A stretch of DNA of 64,000 bases from positions 8,727 to 72,726 of the forward strand of contig CP064960.1 in the NCBI GenBank assembly GCA_016699105.1, read 5' to 3'. Every line of letters begins with the position of its first letter. Within the stretch, counting starts at the first letter, position 1. The notes beneath the pieces are model-generated. The model did not search any database and was not told the origin of the DNA. It was given only the letters and a program-made list of their open reading frames with translations. The DNA comes from a bacterium (lineage in GTDB: Bacteria; Patescibacteriota; Saccharimonadia; UBA4664). Below are positions 51,488-61,549 of this stretch, in pieces. The position numbers were made by a program, and so were the translations under genes.

Positions 51488-51562
51488 TATTTTTGAGCGG
51501 ACTTATTACTTAAAAAACGTTATTATCTATTTTTGATAAATAGATAATAACGAATTGAGTGG

Positions 51563-51952
51563 CTAAACTTTTATCGTCATGCAGGCAATTCGTCGCGGGA
51601 CACCAGGTAGCGTGACGGCGCCACACACATTGGTGCCAGAGCGTGCCCACATATTGATATCCCAAGTGCCACTGCTACCGTTCTTGCTTTTGTAAAAGCC
51701 GTCTCCCCATATCTCAAGAAAACCACTACCACCCATTGAATATACACTTACTTGCTGGACTAGCTGGGTGCGATTTTGGGTGTTCTTGGCTCCGGTAAAC
51801 ACCTCTAGGCATGATACTTTGTGGCAGCCGCTAAAATGCGCTGCTTGCACAGGCGCCGCTGACATCAGCGGTATACCCACAGACAATAGGGTCAGGAACA
51901 GGCCGTACACTATCCGCGAACGATTGAAGACGTTCATGCAAACCTCCCGCAC
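51563..51952 (-). CDS. Small secreted hypothetical protein (signal peptide, 4 Cys)
   Basis: N-terminal MNVFNRSRIVYGLFLTLLSVGIPLMSAAPVQA signal-like segment. Confidence 0.3.
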   Translation of the reverse strand: MREVCMNVFNRSRIVYGLFLTLLSVGIPLMSAAPVQAAHFSGCHKVSCLEVFTGAKNTQNRTQLVQQVSVYSMGGSGFLEIWGDGFYKSKNGSSGTWDINMWARSGTNVCGAVTLPGVPRRIACMTIKV

Positions 51953-52017
51953 AATTAATTACTTACACTATATATACTGAATTGCGAATATGTACATCGT
52001 ATTCGAGCAAGTAAACA

Positions 52018-52216
52018 AAATAAGCCCTCCTGACGGAGGGCTTATTTTGGTGCGCCGAGAGGATTGGGGCTATCGCCCCTTCCTGTGGTGCTCGGAATAT
52101 GCCCAAGCTTGCTTGGTCGCATTCCTGCGCTCCTCGTCCACCGTACCCCACGGGGGTTCTCGCCCCTACGGCCACATGAGACCAAAATAAGCACCTACTG
52201 ACGTAGATGCTTATTT
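52018..52216 (-). ncRNA. tRNA-Arg-linked structured element E2. Terminator-like hairpin (52018-52047) + 137-nt element (52048-52184) ending ...aatcctctcggcgcacca (mimics tRNA-Arg-CCG 3' end) + terminator (52185-52216)
   Basis: Same length and conserved core (ACGAGGAGCGCAGGAATGCGACCAAGC..GCTTGGGCATATTCCGAGCACC) as E1, with compensatory stem changes. Confidence 0.5.
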
Positions 52217-52291
52217 TGGTGCGCCCAGAGGATTCGAACCCCCGACACCCAGTACCGGAAACTGGTGCTCTATCCCCTGAGCTACGAGCGC
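52217..52291 (-). tRNA. tRNA-Arg (anticodon CCG); T-stem appears 1 nt short (possible indel)
   Basis: GCGCTCGTAGCTCAGGGGATAGAGCACCAGTTTCCGGTACTGGGTGTCGGGGGTTCGAATCCTCTGGGCGCACCA. Confidence 0.75.
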
Positions 52292-52373
52292 AAGCTACTT
52301 CAGATTAGATGATTTGGTCGCAATACTCAAGGGCTGACGAATTAATGAGCAATGCTATACTATTTAAAGTAAC

Positions 52374-52829
52374 TTGAGGGGTTTGAGCACTATGAGAAAA
52401 GGAATGATTGCCGTCATCGCTATTGTCAGTTTAATCGTGGCGGGGCTGGCTTACCGGTCGAACCAATATACAAGTACGACCGATACCACGGCTAGTCCGA
52501 CACCGACTACAAATATTGAATCGGCCGCCACTGCTGCACCGGTAGTCTTGACGGCGACCGAAGTGGCCAAACATGCGACAGCGGCAGACTGCTGGACCAT
52601 AATTGCCGGCAACGTCTACAATCTGACTACCTACATTTCCCGGCATCCAGGTGGTGACGCCATTGCTATGGCTTGTGGCCGCGACGGCACTATTATGTTT
52701 CAGGAGCGGATGACCGATGACGGTGAACCTATTGGTTCGGGCCAAGCGCACTCGACCCAAGCCGAGAGCCAGTTATCCAATCTGAAGATGGGGCCGGTTG
52801 CGGACGTGACGCCCTCGCCACTGCCTTAA
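52374..52829 (+). CDS. Membrane-anchored cytochrome b5-like heme-binding domain protein
   Basis: N-terminal TM; HPGG motif (YISRHPGGDAI) with flanking conserved positions. Confidence 0.55.
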   Translation: MRGLSTMRKGMIAVIAIVSLIVAGLAYRSNQYTSTTDTTASPTPTTNIESAATAAPVVLTATEVAKHATAADCWTIIAGNVYNLTTYISRHPGGDAIAMACGRDGTIMFQERMTDDGEPIGSGQAHSTQAESQLSNLKMGPVADVTPSPLP

Positions 52830-53600
52830 AGTCTTGGGAAATTGGCGCCCACCAGCGCCCATACTGAGCTAGCAAAAATGGCAAATAAGCCGACAATCCC
52901 GCCAGCGAGTAATACGTTGGCCGGATGAGTCGGGACGGCGGCTAAGCGGCCAGCTGCCAGTTTTTTGAGTTGGTCATAGCGCACGTAAGCTGCTAATGAC
53001 AACACGACAGTGACGAACGGGTAGATGATCCAACCGATACCAGGTAAAGCTAGGAAGAATATACTAGTCAAAGGTAGCAGGTACGTCGCAGCGGCTTCCC
53101 GGTAATGACCTTTGGTCAGATTACTACTGCGCCAGATAGCTTTGAGACCACTGAGGTCTTCGTCAACCACGGCATAGATAGCATACTGGAAGCGAACTGC
53201 CCAGATGGCACCGGGGATAATAAACAACATCAGACCGCCAGTAGTAATGACACTGTAGAGTAGCACCGTTCCAGCCAACCGGGCGGCTTCACCAAAGTTT
53301 TGAGGCCAGGCGCTGGCAAGATCGAGGGGTCGGCCCCGTAAGCCGGATAAGGCGATTTTAATACTGGCCCACGATAAATAGCTGACAAACAACAGATAAA
53401 GACTATTGCCGTAACTTGCACGGCAATATCATTTTGGGCCCACAGCAATATTCATGGCGGCGCCTACCACAAGGCTCAAAGCACCCAATACTATGAGCTG
53501 CTTCCACGCCCGCTGGAGCAAATCCCAGGCATATTCAATCAATCCGAGAGGGTTGGAAACGTAAGCCGGTTTAGCGGAATGAGGCATTGGTTTCATAATG
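52826..53600 (-). CDS. Polytopic membrane protein, frameshift near 53400-53440
   Basis: ORF 52826..53392 plus upstream in-frame-shifted N-terminus (MKPMPHSAKPAYV...). Confidence 0.3.
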
Positions 53601-53722
53601 GCGGCGGCGTAGCGTCAGGTCAAGCAATACCGTATGATAGTGGTTATGAGTGAACCATCTCCAACTGCCCCATTGGCAACTGAAGCCACCAAAACCGCCT
53701 TAGAAAACAGTGTGACCTGGTT

Positions 53723-54058
53723 TTGTCGGATAAACTTGGTGACGCCTCGGTCCCAATTGTGACCAAGAAGTTTCTGACAAATGCCAACGAACTGGTGTAC
53801 CTCACATTGTGTAGTGTGGCCGAAACCAGCGTACCCCGTATCAAAGTTCAGCATTTTGAGCGGGTCGAACGCGGTGTACGTGAAGTGGGCTATCAACTAT
53901 TTGGCGATCATCGTTTCACCAAGTATACGAACGATATGATTTTTGGCTCGAATGGCGGGAGTGCCGACGGCACCCAGTCGTCCGATGTATCTGAAACCGA
54001 AGCGGCGCAAGTGGTAGCTATCGTCAATAGCCTAAGCGGCGCCCGGCAGACACTCTAG
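53723..54058 (+). CDS. Hypothetical protein
   Basis: 111-aa ORF; upstream region suggests a frameshifted N-terminal extension. Confidence 0.2.
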   Translation: MSDKLGDASVPIVTKKFLTNANELVYLTLCSVAETSVPRIKVQHFERVERGVREVGYQLFGDHRFTKYTNDMIFGSNGGSADGTQSSDVSETEAAQVVAIVNSLSGARQTL

Positions 54059-54065
54059 TGAGCTG

Positions 54066-54890
54066 GTGGAAGCCATCCTGTTCAGGGTGATCGAAGGATT
54101 ACCGAGTTTTTGCCAGTTTCAGTACTGGTCATTTGACGATTGCCGAACGACTGTTGGGATACCCAGTTAATAACGCAGATATCACAGCTTTTACGGCTAT
54201 TATTCAATCGGGGGCAGTGCTGGCAACCGTGTGGTATTTCCGGCACGACTTGTGGCGCATTGGTGGTGCCTGGTTTCGGGAGTGGTGTCGGCGCCCGCTC
54301 GCGCTGCGGCTGATTACCGATTTGGCTGGGCAGTCATACTAGGATCAATCCCCATAGCAATTATCGGACTGTTGTTTAAAGTTCAGATTGAGACGTCACT
54401 GCGCAGTTTGTGGTTTGTGGGGTGGGCGCTCATCGGTTGGAGCGTGGTCATGTGGGCGGCTGACCGCTGGACCAAACACACGAGATCTGAGTCTCAGGTA
54501 GGTTGGCGTGATACTCTCATCATTGGGGTAGCGCAGTGCATTGCATTGGTGCCAGGCGTTTCCCGGTCGGGAGCTACCATGACGGCGGGATTGTGGCGGG
54601 GATTTGACCGGGTAACGGTGACAAAATTGTCGTTTTATCTCTCGATACCAGCACTATTGGCGGCGGGAGTATTGCAGACAATCTCCGAGTTTGACGCTGT
54701 CGCTAGTGGCATCGGTTGGGGGCCAACCCTACTAGCCACAGCGGTCAGTTTTGTGACGGCTTACGCGTCGGTAGCTTGGTTACTCAAATATGTAGCCAAG
54801 CATGATTACTCGCTATTTATCGGGTATCGAGTAGTGTTAGGTTGTATAGTATTGGTATTAGTTTCAACAGGTACGATACCCGCTCAATAA
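54066..54890 (+). CDS. uppP: Undecaprenyl-diphosphatase, about 2 frameshifts (about 54112 at T5, about 54300)
   Basis: GTG start gives (M)EAILFRVIEGLPSF..PVS..GHL (BacA N-motif); downstream VPGVSRSGATMTAGL motif. Confidence 0.75.
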
Positions 54891-54936
54891 TTTCAGTTTA
54901 TATGCAACGACCAATTTTATTCAAAGCAATATCGAA

Positions 54937-56035
54937 ATGGCAAACTACACCACCATGCACATGGGTGGAGCCGCCGCTCATTTTGGGGCAGCCCAAGAAC
55001 GGGAGCAGGTCGAACAAGCTGTGGCTTGGGCGAAATCGCAAAATCTGCCCGTAAATGTGTTGGGTGAAGGGTCCAATATGATTGTGGGCGATGGGAGCGT
55101 GCAAGCGCTGATACTCAAATTGGAAATAGCCGGTTTTATGACCCAACCATTGGGCGACGGCCTGGTGCGGGTGACGGTCGGTGGCGGTGAACATTGGGAC
55201 GATGTCGTCAAGCGGACCGTCGACTTGGGCCTGACGGGACTGGAGACATTGTCGATGATTCCAGGCACGACCGGTGCTGCGCCAGTGCAGAACGCCGGAG
55301 CCTATGGCGGTGAGATTGCTGACCATTTGGTAGATGTGGAAGCGTATGACATGCGTGATCGGGCTTGGGTGACCTTGACAGCCAAGGATTGTGATCTTGG
55401 CTACCGCAGCAGTCGTTTTCGGGAAGCTGATGCAGGGCGATTCATTATCACAAGTGTGCGATTTGACTTGCGCGAAGGTGCGCCTGATCCGGCTCGGTAT
55501 GAGCGCCTGGTCAAGCGATTGACGGCCGATGGTATCACTCAACCAACGGGACAACAGCTGCGTGACACGGTGATGGCGTTGCGGGCAAGGTGCTACCAGA
55601 TCCAAGTGTCGTACCAAGTGCGGGGTCGTTTTCAAGAATCCGATTGTGGATGCGGCGACGTTACAGCGGTTGGTGCATGAGTTTCCCGAGATTAAAAGTT
55701 TTGAATACACACCGCTGGATGGACATAATCAACTCCACCTGCGGAACTCGCACGACAAAGTCGTGCTCGGACAGTCCTCGGCGGTCGCTGAGTCCTCGCC
55801 AGCCGAGAGCGATATCAAGCTCTATAAACTGGCCGCAGGGTGGCTGTTGGAGCAATGCGAATTCAAAGGATCGGAGCATTTTGGGCTCAAGATCTGGCCG
55901 GAACACGCGCTGGTGATTACGAATCCCGATCATCGCGGCTATGGTGATTTGATGAAACTCGTTGAATTGATGCAGAGCCGGGTGGACGACAAATTTGGTG
56001 TCAAACTCGAACCTGAGCCGTTGTTTGTGCGGTAA
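54937..56035 (+). CDS. murB: UDP-N-acetylenolpyruvoylglucosamine reductase, frameshift near 55600-55650
   Basis: FAD-binding domain N-terminus, ...LPDPSVVPSAGSFFKNPIV motif across the two frames. Confidence 0.8.
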
Positions 56036-56052
56036 GGCGCATTAATGAAATA

Positions 56053-57009
56053 CTAATCGGCTGAATGGTGCTCGGCCAGATAGTGTTGGGCTTCGAGGGC
56101 GGCTTCACAGCCCGATCCGGCTGAGGTGATGGCTTGGCGGTAGCGTGAGTCTTGGACATCGCCGGCCGCAAAGACGCCGGGGACGTTTGTGATGACGCCC
56201 TGGGTTTTGAGATAGCCGGAATCTTCCATATCTAATTGACCTTTGAAGAGTTCAGAATTGGGCCGGTGGCCGACAGCAATGAAGAGTCCCTCGACGGCTA
56301 GTTCGGAGGTGGCGCCGGTGACGGTGTCGGTTAGTTGCAGACCCGTGAGATGGTCCTCACCGAGGAGTCTCGTGACCTGGGCATTCCAGTGGAATTTGAT
56401 CTTGGGGTTGGCTTTGGCACGGTCTTGCATGACTTGACTAGCGCGCAGGCTATCGCGGCGATGTACGACCGTCACACTCTTGGCGAATTTAGTGAGGAAG
56501 GTGGCTTCTTCCATGGCCGAGTCTCCCCCACCGACGACGGCAATGTCTTTGTCCCGGAAGAAGAAACCATCGCAGGTGGCACAAGCTGACACCCCCCGGC
56601 CCATGAGGTCCCATTCGCGGTCAAGACCGAGCATGATGGGGGCGGCACCGGTGGAAATGATGATACTGTGGGCGCGGTATTCCTTATCGCCAACCCAGAC
56701 GCCATAGGGACGGGCCGAGAAATCGACTTTGGTGACACGCTCGGTTTTGATGATTGTACCGAATTTGATGGCCTGCTCGCGCATTTTGGTGATGAGCGCA
56801 GGCCCGGTGAGATCGGGCGCACCGGGAAAGTTTTCGATCTCGGTGGTGGTCATGAGCTGGCCACCCGGTTGGTCGCCGCTTGAGACCATCTCGCCTTCGA
56901 ACATGAGCGGCTCAAGGCTGGCCCGGGAGGCATAGATGGCCGCCGTTAAACCGGCAGGTCCCGAACCGATAATGATAAGTTGGTGCGCTTCAGAGTTAGC
57001 TGACGGCAT
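56053..57009 (-). CDS. trxB: Thioredoxin-disulfide reductase
   Basis: IIIGSGPAGLTAA FAD motif, CATCDG redox-active disulfide, GGGDSAMEEA NADPH motif. Confidence 0.85.
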   Translation of the reverse strand: MPSANSEAHQLIIIGSGPAGLTAAIYASRASLEPLMFEGEMVSSGDQPGGQLMTTTEIENFPGAPDLTGPALITKMREQAIKFGTIIKTERVTKVDFSARPYGVWVGDKEYRAHSIIISTGAAPIMLGLDREWDLMGRGVSACATCDGFFFRDKDIAVVGGGDSAMEEATFLTKFAKSVTVVHRRDSLRASQVMQDRAKANPKIKFHWNAQVTRLLGEDHLTGLQLTDTVTGATSELAVEGLFIAVGHRPNSELFKGQLDMEDSGYLKTQGVITNVPGVFAAGDVQDSRYRQAITSAGSGCEAALEAQHYLAEHHSAD

Positions 57010-57345
57010 GACTGAGAACGCTTTTGAGCTTGTCTTTGGCGGTGACGCCGACGAGCCGCTCGACCGGTTGGCCGTCTTTGAACACAAACATTGTGGGAAT
57101 ACTCATGACGCCATAGCTTTGCGCGACATCGGGGTTGTCATCGACGTTGAGTTTAGCGACAGTAACTTGGCCGTCAACTCTTTGGCAACGTCTTCAATGA
57201 TGGGACCCATCGCTAAACAGGGTCCGCACCAAGGAGCCCAAAAGTCGACCAAGACTGGTTGTTTGGATTCAAGTACGGTTTGTTTAAAGTTGGCGCTAGA
57301 TACTGTAGTTACCATTTTGTGTGGACCCCTCTTTTTACGCGACAT
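56996..57345 (-). CDS. trxA: Thioredoxin, frameshift near 57170
   Basis: WAPWCGPC active site; C-terminal half (...VAKLNVDDNPDVAQSYGVMSIPTMFVFKDGQPVERLVG) in a second frame; overlaps trxB start. Confidence 0.7.
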
Positions 57346-57373
57346 GAATCATCATAGCACGCTTAATTTAGTA

Positions 57374-57428
57374 TTGACGACTACAATATGTAGCGTCCAT
57401 AATGCTAACGTAGCACAAGTGGTTGTGC
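57374..57428 (+). promoter_or_regulatory. nrdR promoter (-35 TTGACG, 18-nt spacer, -10 CATAAT) with two NrdR-box-like palindromes (ctacaatatgtag 57381-57393; gcacaagtggttgtgc 57413-57428)
   Basis: Read in sequence; palindromes overlap the spacer and sit just downstream, consistent with autoregulation. Confidence 0.4.
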
Positions 57429-57471
57429 TATCGCAACTATCAACACCCAAAACGGAGGCTACTTTAAAAGC

Positions 57472-57936
57472 TTGAATTGTCCTTATTGCGACCATAGCGA
57501 TACCAAGGTAGTAGACAAGCGTGAAAGCGATACTACCAGTACCCGGCGGCGGCGGGAATGCTTAGGCTGCCACCAGCGGTTTACGACCTATGAACGGGTA
57601 GAATTACCCGATCTGATGGTGGTGAAGCACGACGGCCGACGGGAGAGCTTTGACTTAGAAAAGCTCAAAAGGGGTGTGCAGCTGGCCGTGACCAAACGGC
57701 CCGTCAGTGAAGTGCAGGTACTGACGATGATCGATACTGTTGAAGCCGAGCTCCGCAGTGGCAAGCGCCGAGAAGTACCAGCTGAATTGATAGGAGCACT
57801 CGTGATGGAGAAGCTCAAAAATATCGACCATATTGCCTATATCAGGTTTGCGAGCGTCTGTCGGGACTTCACCCAAGTAGAAGCTTTCGCCGAAGAAGTG
57901 GGCGAGCTACTTGATCAGCCCGGCAAACTGGTTTAG
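57472..57936 (+). CDS. nrdR: Transcriptional repressor NrdR
   Basis: MNCPYCDHSDTKVVDKR...CLGCHQRFTTYERVE zinc ribbon + ATP-cone. Confidence 0.85.
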   Translation: MNCPYCDHSDTKVVDKRESDTTSTRRRRECLGCHQRFTTYERVELPDLMVVKHDGRRESFDLEKLKRGVQLAVTKRPVSEVQVLTMIDTVEAELRSGKRREVPAELIGALVMEKLKNIDHIAYIRFASVCRDFTQVEAFAEEVGELLDQPGKLV

Positions 57937-58049
57937 GCGTCGAGAGGGGAACGCCTAAACCAGGATGCTCAATTGTCAAAATGGGGCTTGAATTGTGGAC
58001 GGTAAACATCATACATTTAAGATCGCGTGTTAATCAGGAGGGGAAAAGA

Positions 58050-60773
58050 GTGGCTACCAGCACACCAGAGGCCATTTTGGCCAATAATATCGTGGCGGAA
58101 ACGCCGGAAGATCGAGAACGGCTCGAAGAATTATACGTAATAGGTAAGCAGATTCCTGCGGCACCAGATGACCTGCCCGAGCCCCGCTACTCTGATAACG
58201 CCTGGTACATCGGCAAGACCCGGTACGCTTTCCGGGACAAAGCCGGTAATCCGATCGAATCACCCAAGCAAATGTTGTGGCGTATCTGTTATAACATCGC
58301 TACCGCTGAACGCTTGTACAGTGAAAATCCCCGTGAAACACATTTGGAGATGGCTCGGGAATTTTATAGCACCATGGCTCGCCAAGAATTTGTTGCCAAT
58401 ACCCCGACTATGCTTAATGCCGGTAAGCCAAATCAGCAGTTGTCAGCCTGTTTTGTATTGCCTGTACCAGACGATTTGGACGGCATTTTGAGTTCAGCTA
58501 TGGACATGGCCAGAATCCACAAAAGTGGTGGTGGCACTGGTTTTGCCTTCAGTCGATTGCGACCAAAAGACGATATCATTGCCAGTTCCGGCGGTAAGAC
58601 AACTGGACCAGTGGCGTTTATGCAAACCTACAATGACATTACGTCGAGCATTCGCCAGGGTGGTGTCCGTCGTGGCGCCAACATGGGCATTCTGCATTAC
58701 ACTCACCCTGATATTTTGATGTTTGCAGTGTACAAAGTCGACGAATTTTCATTGACCAACTTCAATATATCGGTGACTGTTGACGAGAAGTTTTTTGAGG
58801 CCGTCAAGCGCGACGGGGCGCAACTGACCGACGACTATGAGAGTGGATTTGATTTCGAGTCAGTGATCAACGAAGCCCAAGAAGCGCTCAAATTGCGTGA
58901 CCCTGATCTCAAATTGGTTCGTCTGGAAGCAGTCGTCAAGAAACTGCATGAATGGTGCGATGAAACCGACCCCACTAAGGGCTATGAGCTCATCAACCCA
59001 CGTACGGGCAGCGTAGCTGGCCGGCTCAACGCCAAGAAGCTCTACGATATAATTACACGGCTGGCTTGGCGTTATGGTGATCCAGGCATGATCATGATCG
59101 ACCGTATCAACAACTCCCGGGCCAACCCGACCCCCCAGTTGGGTATGATCGAAGCTACAAATCCGTGTGGCGAGCAACCATTACTCCCCTATGATGCCTG
59201 TACGCTTGGCCAGATCAACTTGAGTAAATTCGTGAATGCCGAGAAGACTGACTTTGACTGGCCACGCCTGAAGACCATGGTACATATTGGTACACGGTTC
59301 TTAGATGATGTACTCGACATGAATGAATACCCCATCGAGCAAGTGCGAGTGACCACGCGGGCGATCCGTCGCATCGGACTAGGCATCATGGGCTTTGCCG
59401 ATGCACTGCTTGATATGGGCATTGGCTACAACACCAAGCAAGGTACTGACGCCGCCGAGCGCGTCATGAAGTTCATCCAAAAAGAGTCGGACAACGCATC
59501 GGTCGATATGGCCAGGGTGCGTGGCGTTTTTCCGGCTTTCAAAGGTAGTATTTACGACCGACCCGGTGAAATTCGCCCACGTAATGGTGCCCGTACGACC
59601 ATTGCCCCGACCGGTACTACTGCCATGCTAGCCGATTGTTCTAGTGGTTGTGAGCCGCTCTTTGCTCTCACCTATGCCAAGAACACCATCGAAGGCAAGC
59701 GGATGTTCCAGTCGAGCCGCTACTTTGAAACTGAGCTCAAACGACGGGGATTGTACACCGAAGAGTTACTCGAACGCGTCCAGCAGAATAAAGGTTCAAT
59801 CCAGAGCATGGTTGATCTACCGGAAGATTTGCGCGAGACGTTTGTGGTAGCTGGCGACATTACCCCAGCTCAACACATCAACATGCAGGCAGCTTTCCAG
59901 AAATACGTCGACAATGCCATATCGAAAACCATCAACTTCAACAACGATGCCACGGTGGACGATGTGCGGGCCGCTTATTGGCAGGTGTATGAGTCAGGCT
60001 GTAAAGGTATCACGATCTACCGCGACGGATCGCGCGACAAGCAAATTCTAGAGACCAAGAAAGAAGGTTCCTACTACGACCAACTGGCAGGCAAAGTTGT
60101 CACAGCGGGCGACAAAGCCTTGGCCGGCGTACCAGTTGCCATGAAGCAACGGCCCGAAACCTTGGGCGGCAAGACCTACAAAGTGGCCACGCCGATCGGT
60201 AACGCTTACATCACTATCAATGAAGATGATGACGGTAACATTTTTGAGGTCTTCATTGGTCTAGGCCGGGCTGGTTCCGATATCATGGCTGACGCTGAAG
60301 CCATGGGTCGACTCATTTCCTTGTCCTTCCGCATACCCAGTGCCTTTGCCTCTGATCGCATCGCCCAAAACGTGATTGAGCAATTGTCCGGCATCGGTGG
60401 GTCCAGTTCGGCTGGCTTTGGTCAGGCTCGAGTACGTAGCTTGGCGGATGCTGTCGCCAAAGTCTTGCGTGAACACGAGATGGCCAAAAACAGTAGCCAA
60501 TCCGTGTCTGGTGTTCAAGCTGCCCAACTAGCCAGTATGGCGGCGGCCGGCGCCCTCATGGGTGGCGGTAGTGGAGCAGCCGCGGCCGAAGCGGCAGCGG
60601 GTGTACTCAATGGTGGCAGCCAAACGGCCACAGCCAGCCAAACAAGCGTAGCCATCAAAGACCGGAGCGAATCAGCTAACATGGCGGATATGTGCCCAGA
60701 TTGTGGTAATGCCTCTTTGCGATTCATCGAAGGCTGCCAAAAATGCGAGATTTGCGGCTTTAGTAAGTGTTAA
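58050..60773 (+). CDS. nrdJ: Class II (adenosylcobalamin-dependent) ribonucleotide reductase
   Basis: NrdJ-typical catalytic region (NPCGEQPL, TIAPTG) and C-terminal Zn ribbon CPDCGN...CQKCEICG; GTG 58050 with aggagg RBS (ORF-track start 57981). Confidence 0.85.
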   Translation: MATSTPEAILANNIVAETPEDRERLEELYVIGKQIPAAPDDLPEPRYSDNAWYIGKTRYAFRDKAGNPIESPKQMLWRICYNIATAERLYSENPRETHLEMAREFYSTMARQEFVANTPTMLNAGKPNQQLSACFVLPVPDDLDGILSSAMDMARIHKSGGGTGFAFSRLRPKDDIIASSGGKTTGPVAFMQTYNDITSSIRQGGVRRGANMGILHYTHPDILMFAVYKVDEFSLTNFNISVTVDEKFFEAVKRDGAQLTDDYESGFDFESVINEAQEALKLRDPDLKLVRLEAVVKKLHEWCDETDPTKGYELINPRTGSVAGRLNAKKLYDIITRLAWRYGDPGMIMIDRINNSRANPTPQLGMIEATNPCGEQPLLPYDACTLGQINLSKFVNAEKTDFDWPRLKTMVHIGTRFLDDVLDMNEYPIEQVRVTTRAIRRIGLGIMGFADALLDMGIGYNTKQGTDAAERVMKFIQKESDNASVDMARVRGVFPAFKGSIYDRPGEIRPRNGARTTIAPTGTTAMLADCSSGCEPLFALTYAKNTIEGKRMFQSSRYFETELKRRGLYTEELLERVQQNKGSIQSMVDLPEDLRETFVVAGDITPAQHINMQAAFQKYVDNAISKTINFNNDATVDDVRAAYWQVYESGCKGITIYRDGSRDKQILETKKEGSYYDQLAGKVVTAGDKALAGVPVAMKQRPETLGGKTYKVATPIGNAYITINEDDDGNIFEVFIGLGRAGSDIMADAEAMGRLISLSFRIPSAFASDRIAQNVIEQLSGIGGSSSAGFGQARVRSLADAVAKVLREHEMAKNSSQSVSGVQAAQLASMAAAGALMGGGSGAAAAEAAAGVLNGGSQTATASQTSVAIKDRSESANMADMCPDCGNASLRFIEGCQKCEICGFSKC

Positions 60774-60926
60774 AATAGGACAAAAGCCTCAGACTATTCG
60801 CCCTCGCACTGACGAACGTGATCCGCACAATAAACGGTTACCGGTTCAATACCTACGTCAGTTTGCTCGGTGAGATAGTTTGAGGCTTTGTCATCGCCGC
60901 TATTAGGCTAACTGTAAGGAGTAACT

Positions 60927-61481
60927 ATGGCTGAAGGTGAACTACACGAATCCGATCGAGGACTGCTGATAGTCTATACTGGTAGCGGCAAAGGCAAAAC
61001 GACCGCTGCCATGGGATTAGCACTGCGAGCTGCTGGATACGGCAAGCAAGTTCTAGTGATTCAGTTTGTGAAGACGTGGTTTACAGGTGAAAAAGGCGGT
61101 TTTGAGCACCTGCCCAACGTGGAGTTTATTCAAGCGGGTAAGGGTTTTTACAAGATACTGGGTGACAAATTACCAGAGACCGAGCATGTGGAAGCGGCCA
61201 TTGCGGCTCTGGAGCTGGCTGCCAAAAAAATGGCATCAGGCAAATACGATGTGGTCGTCCTTGATGAAATCATTGGTAGCGTAACCGGTGGCTTATTGCC
61301 CCTCGAAGCAGTTTTGGAACTGGTCGACGCCAAGCCACCCCAAGTAGATTTGGTACTCACAGGACACAATGGCCTGGACCTCACACCTCTGATCGAGCGC
61401 GCAGATCTAGTGACCGAAATGCGCAAAATCAAGCATCCGTATGACGCCGGTATTTTAGCTCGTAAAACGATCGATTATTAG
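60927..61481 (+). CDS. cobA: Cob(I)alamin adenosyltransferase (CobA/BtuR type)
   Basis: P-loop YTGSGKGKTTAAMGLALRAAGYG, VLDEI. Confidence 0.8.
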   Translation: MAEGELHESDRGLLIVYTGSGKGKTTAAMGLALRAAGYGKQVLVIQFVKTWFTGEKGGFEHLPNVEFIQAGKGFYKILGDKLPETEHVEAAIAALELAAKKMASGKYDVVVLDEIIGSVTGGLLPLEAVLELVDAKPPQVDLVLTGHNGLDLTPLIERADLVTEMRKIKHPYDAGILARKTIDY

Positions 61482-61549
61482 CTTATGCTTGCAATTCGAG
61501 AGTCATAACTCTAAGATCTCAGGCGATAACAAGATATGAGGTTTTCCCT

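Noticed and set aside
48148-52216. CRISPR array or MITE (conventional sense) for the repeated 48-kb / 52-kb modules
   Set aside because: Only two copies, about 4 kb apart, each tied to a tRNA-Arg, with 137-nt conserved structured cores and no spacer-like unique units. They behave as tRNA-linked structured elements, not a CRISPR array.
57981-58049. ORF-track start of nrdJ at 57981
   Set aside because: An aggagg RBS is placed 8 nt before GTG 58050, and the N-terminal 23 residues are not conserved-looking. The shorter start is preferred, though not proven.
60774-60926. Cobalamin riboswitch upstream of cobA
   Set aside because: Despite an attractive context and long-range inverted repeats, neither strand shows the GGTG / AAGGGAA / GCCACTG / B12-box consensus elements. 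Kept only as an unassigned structured region.
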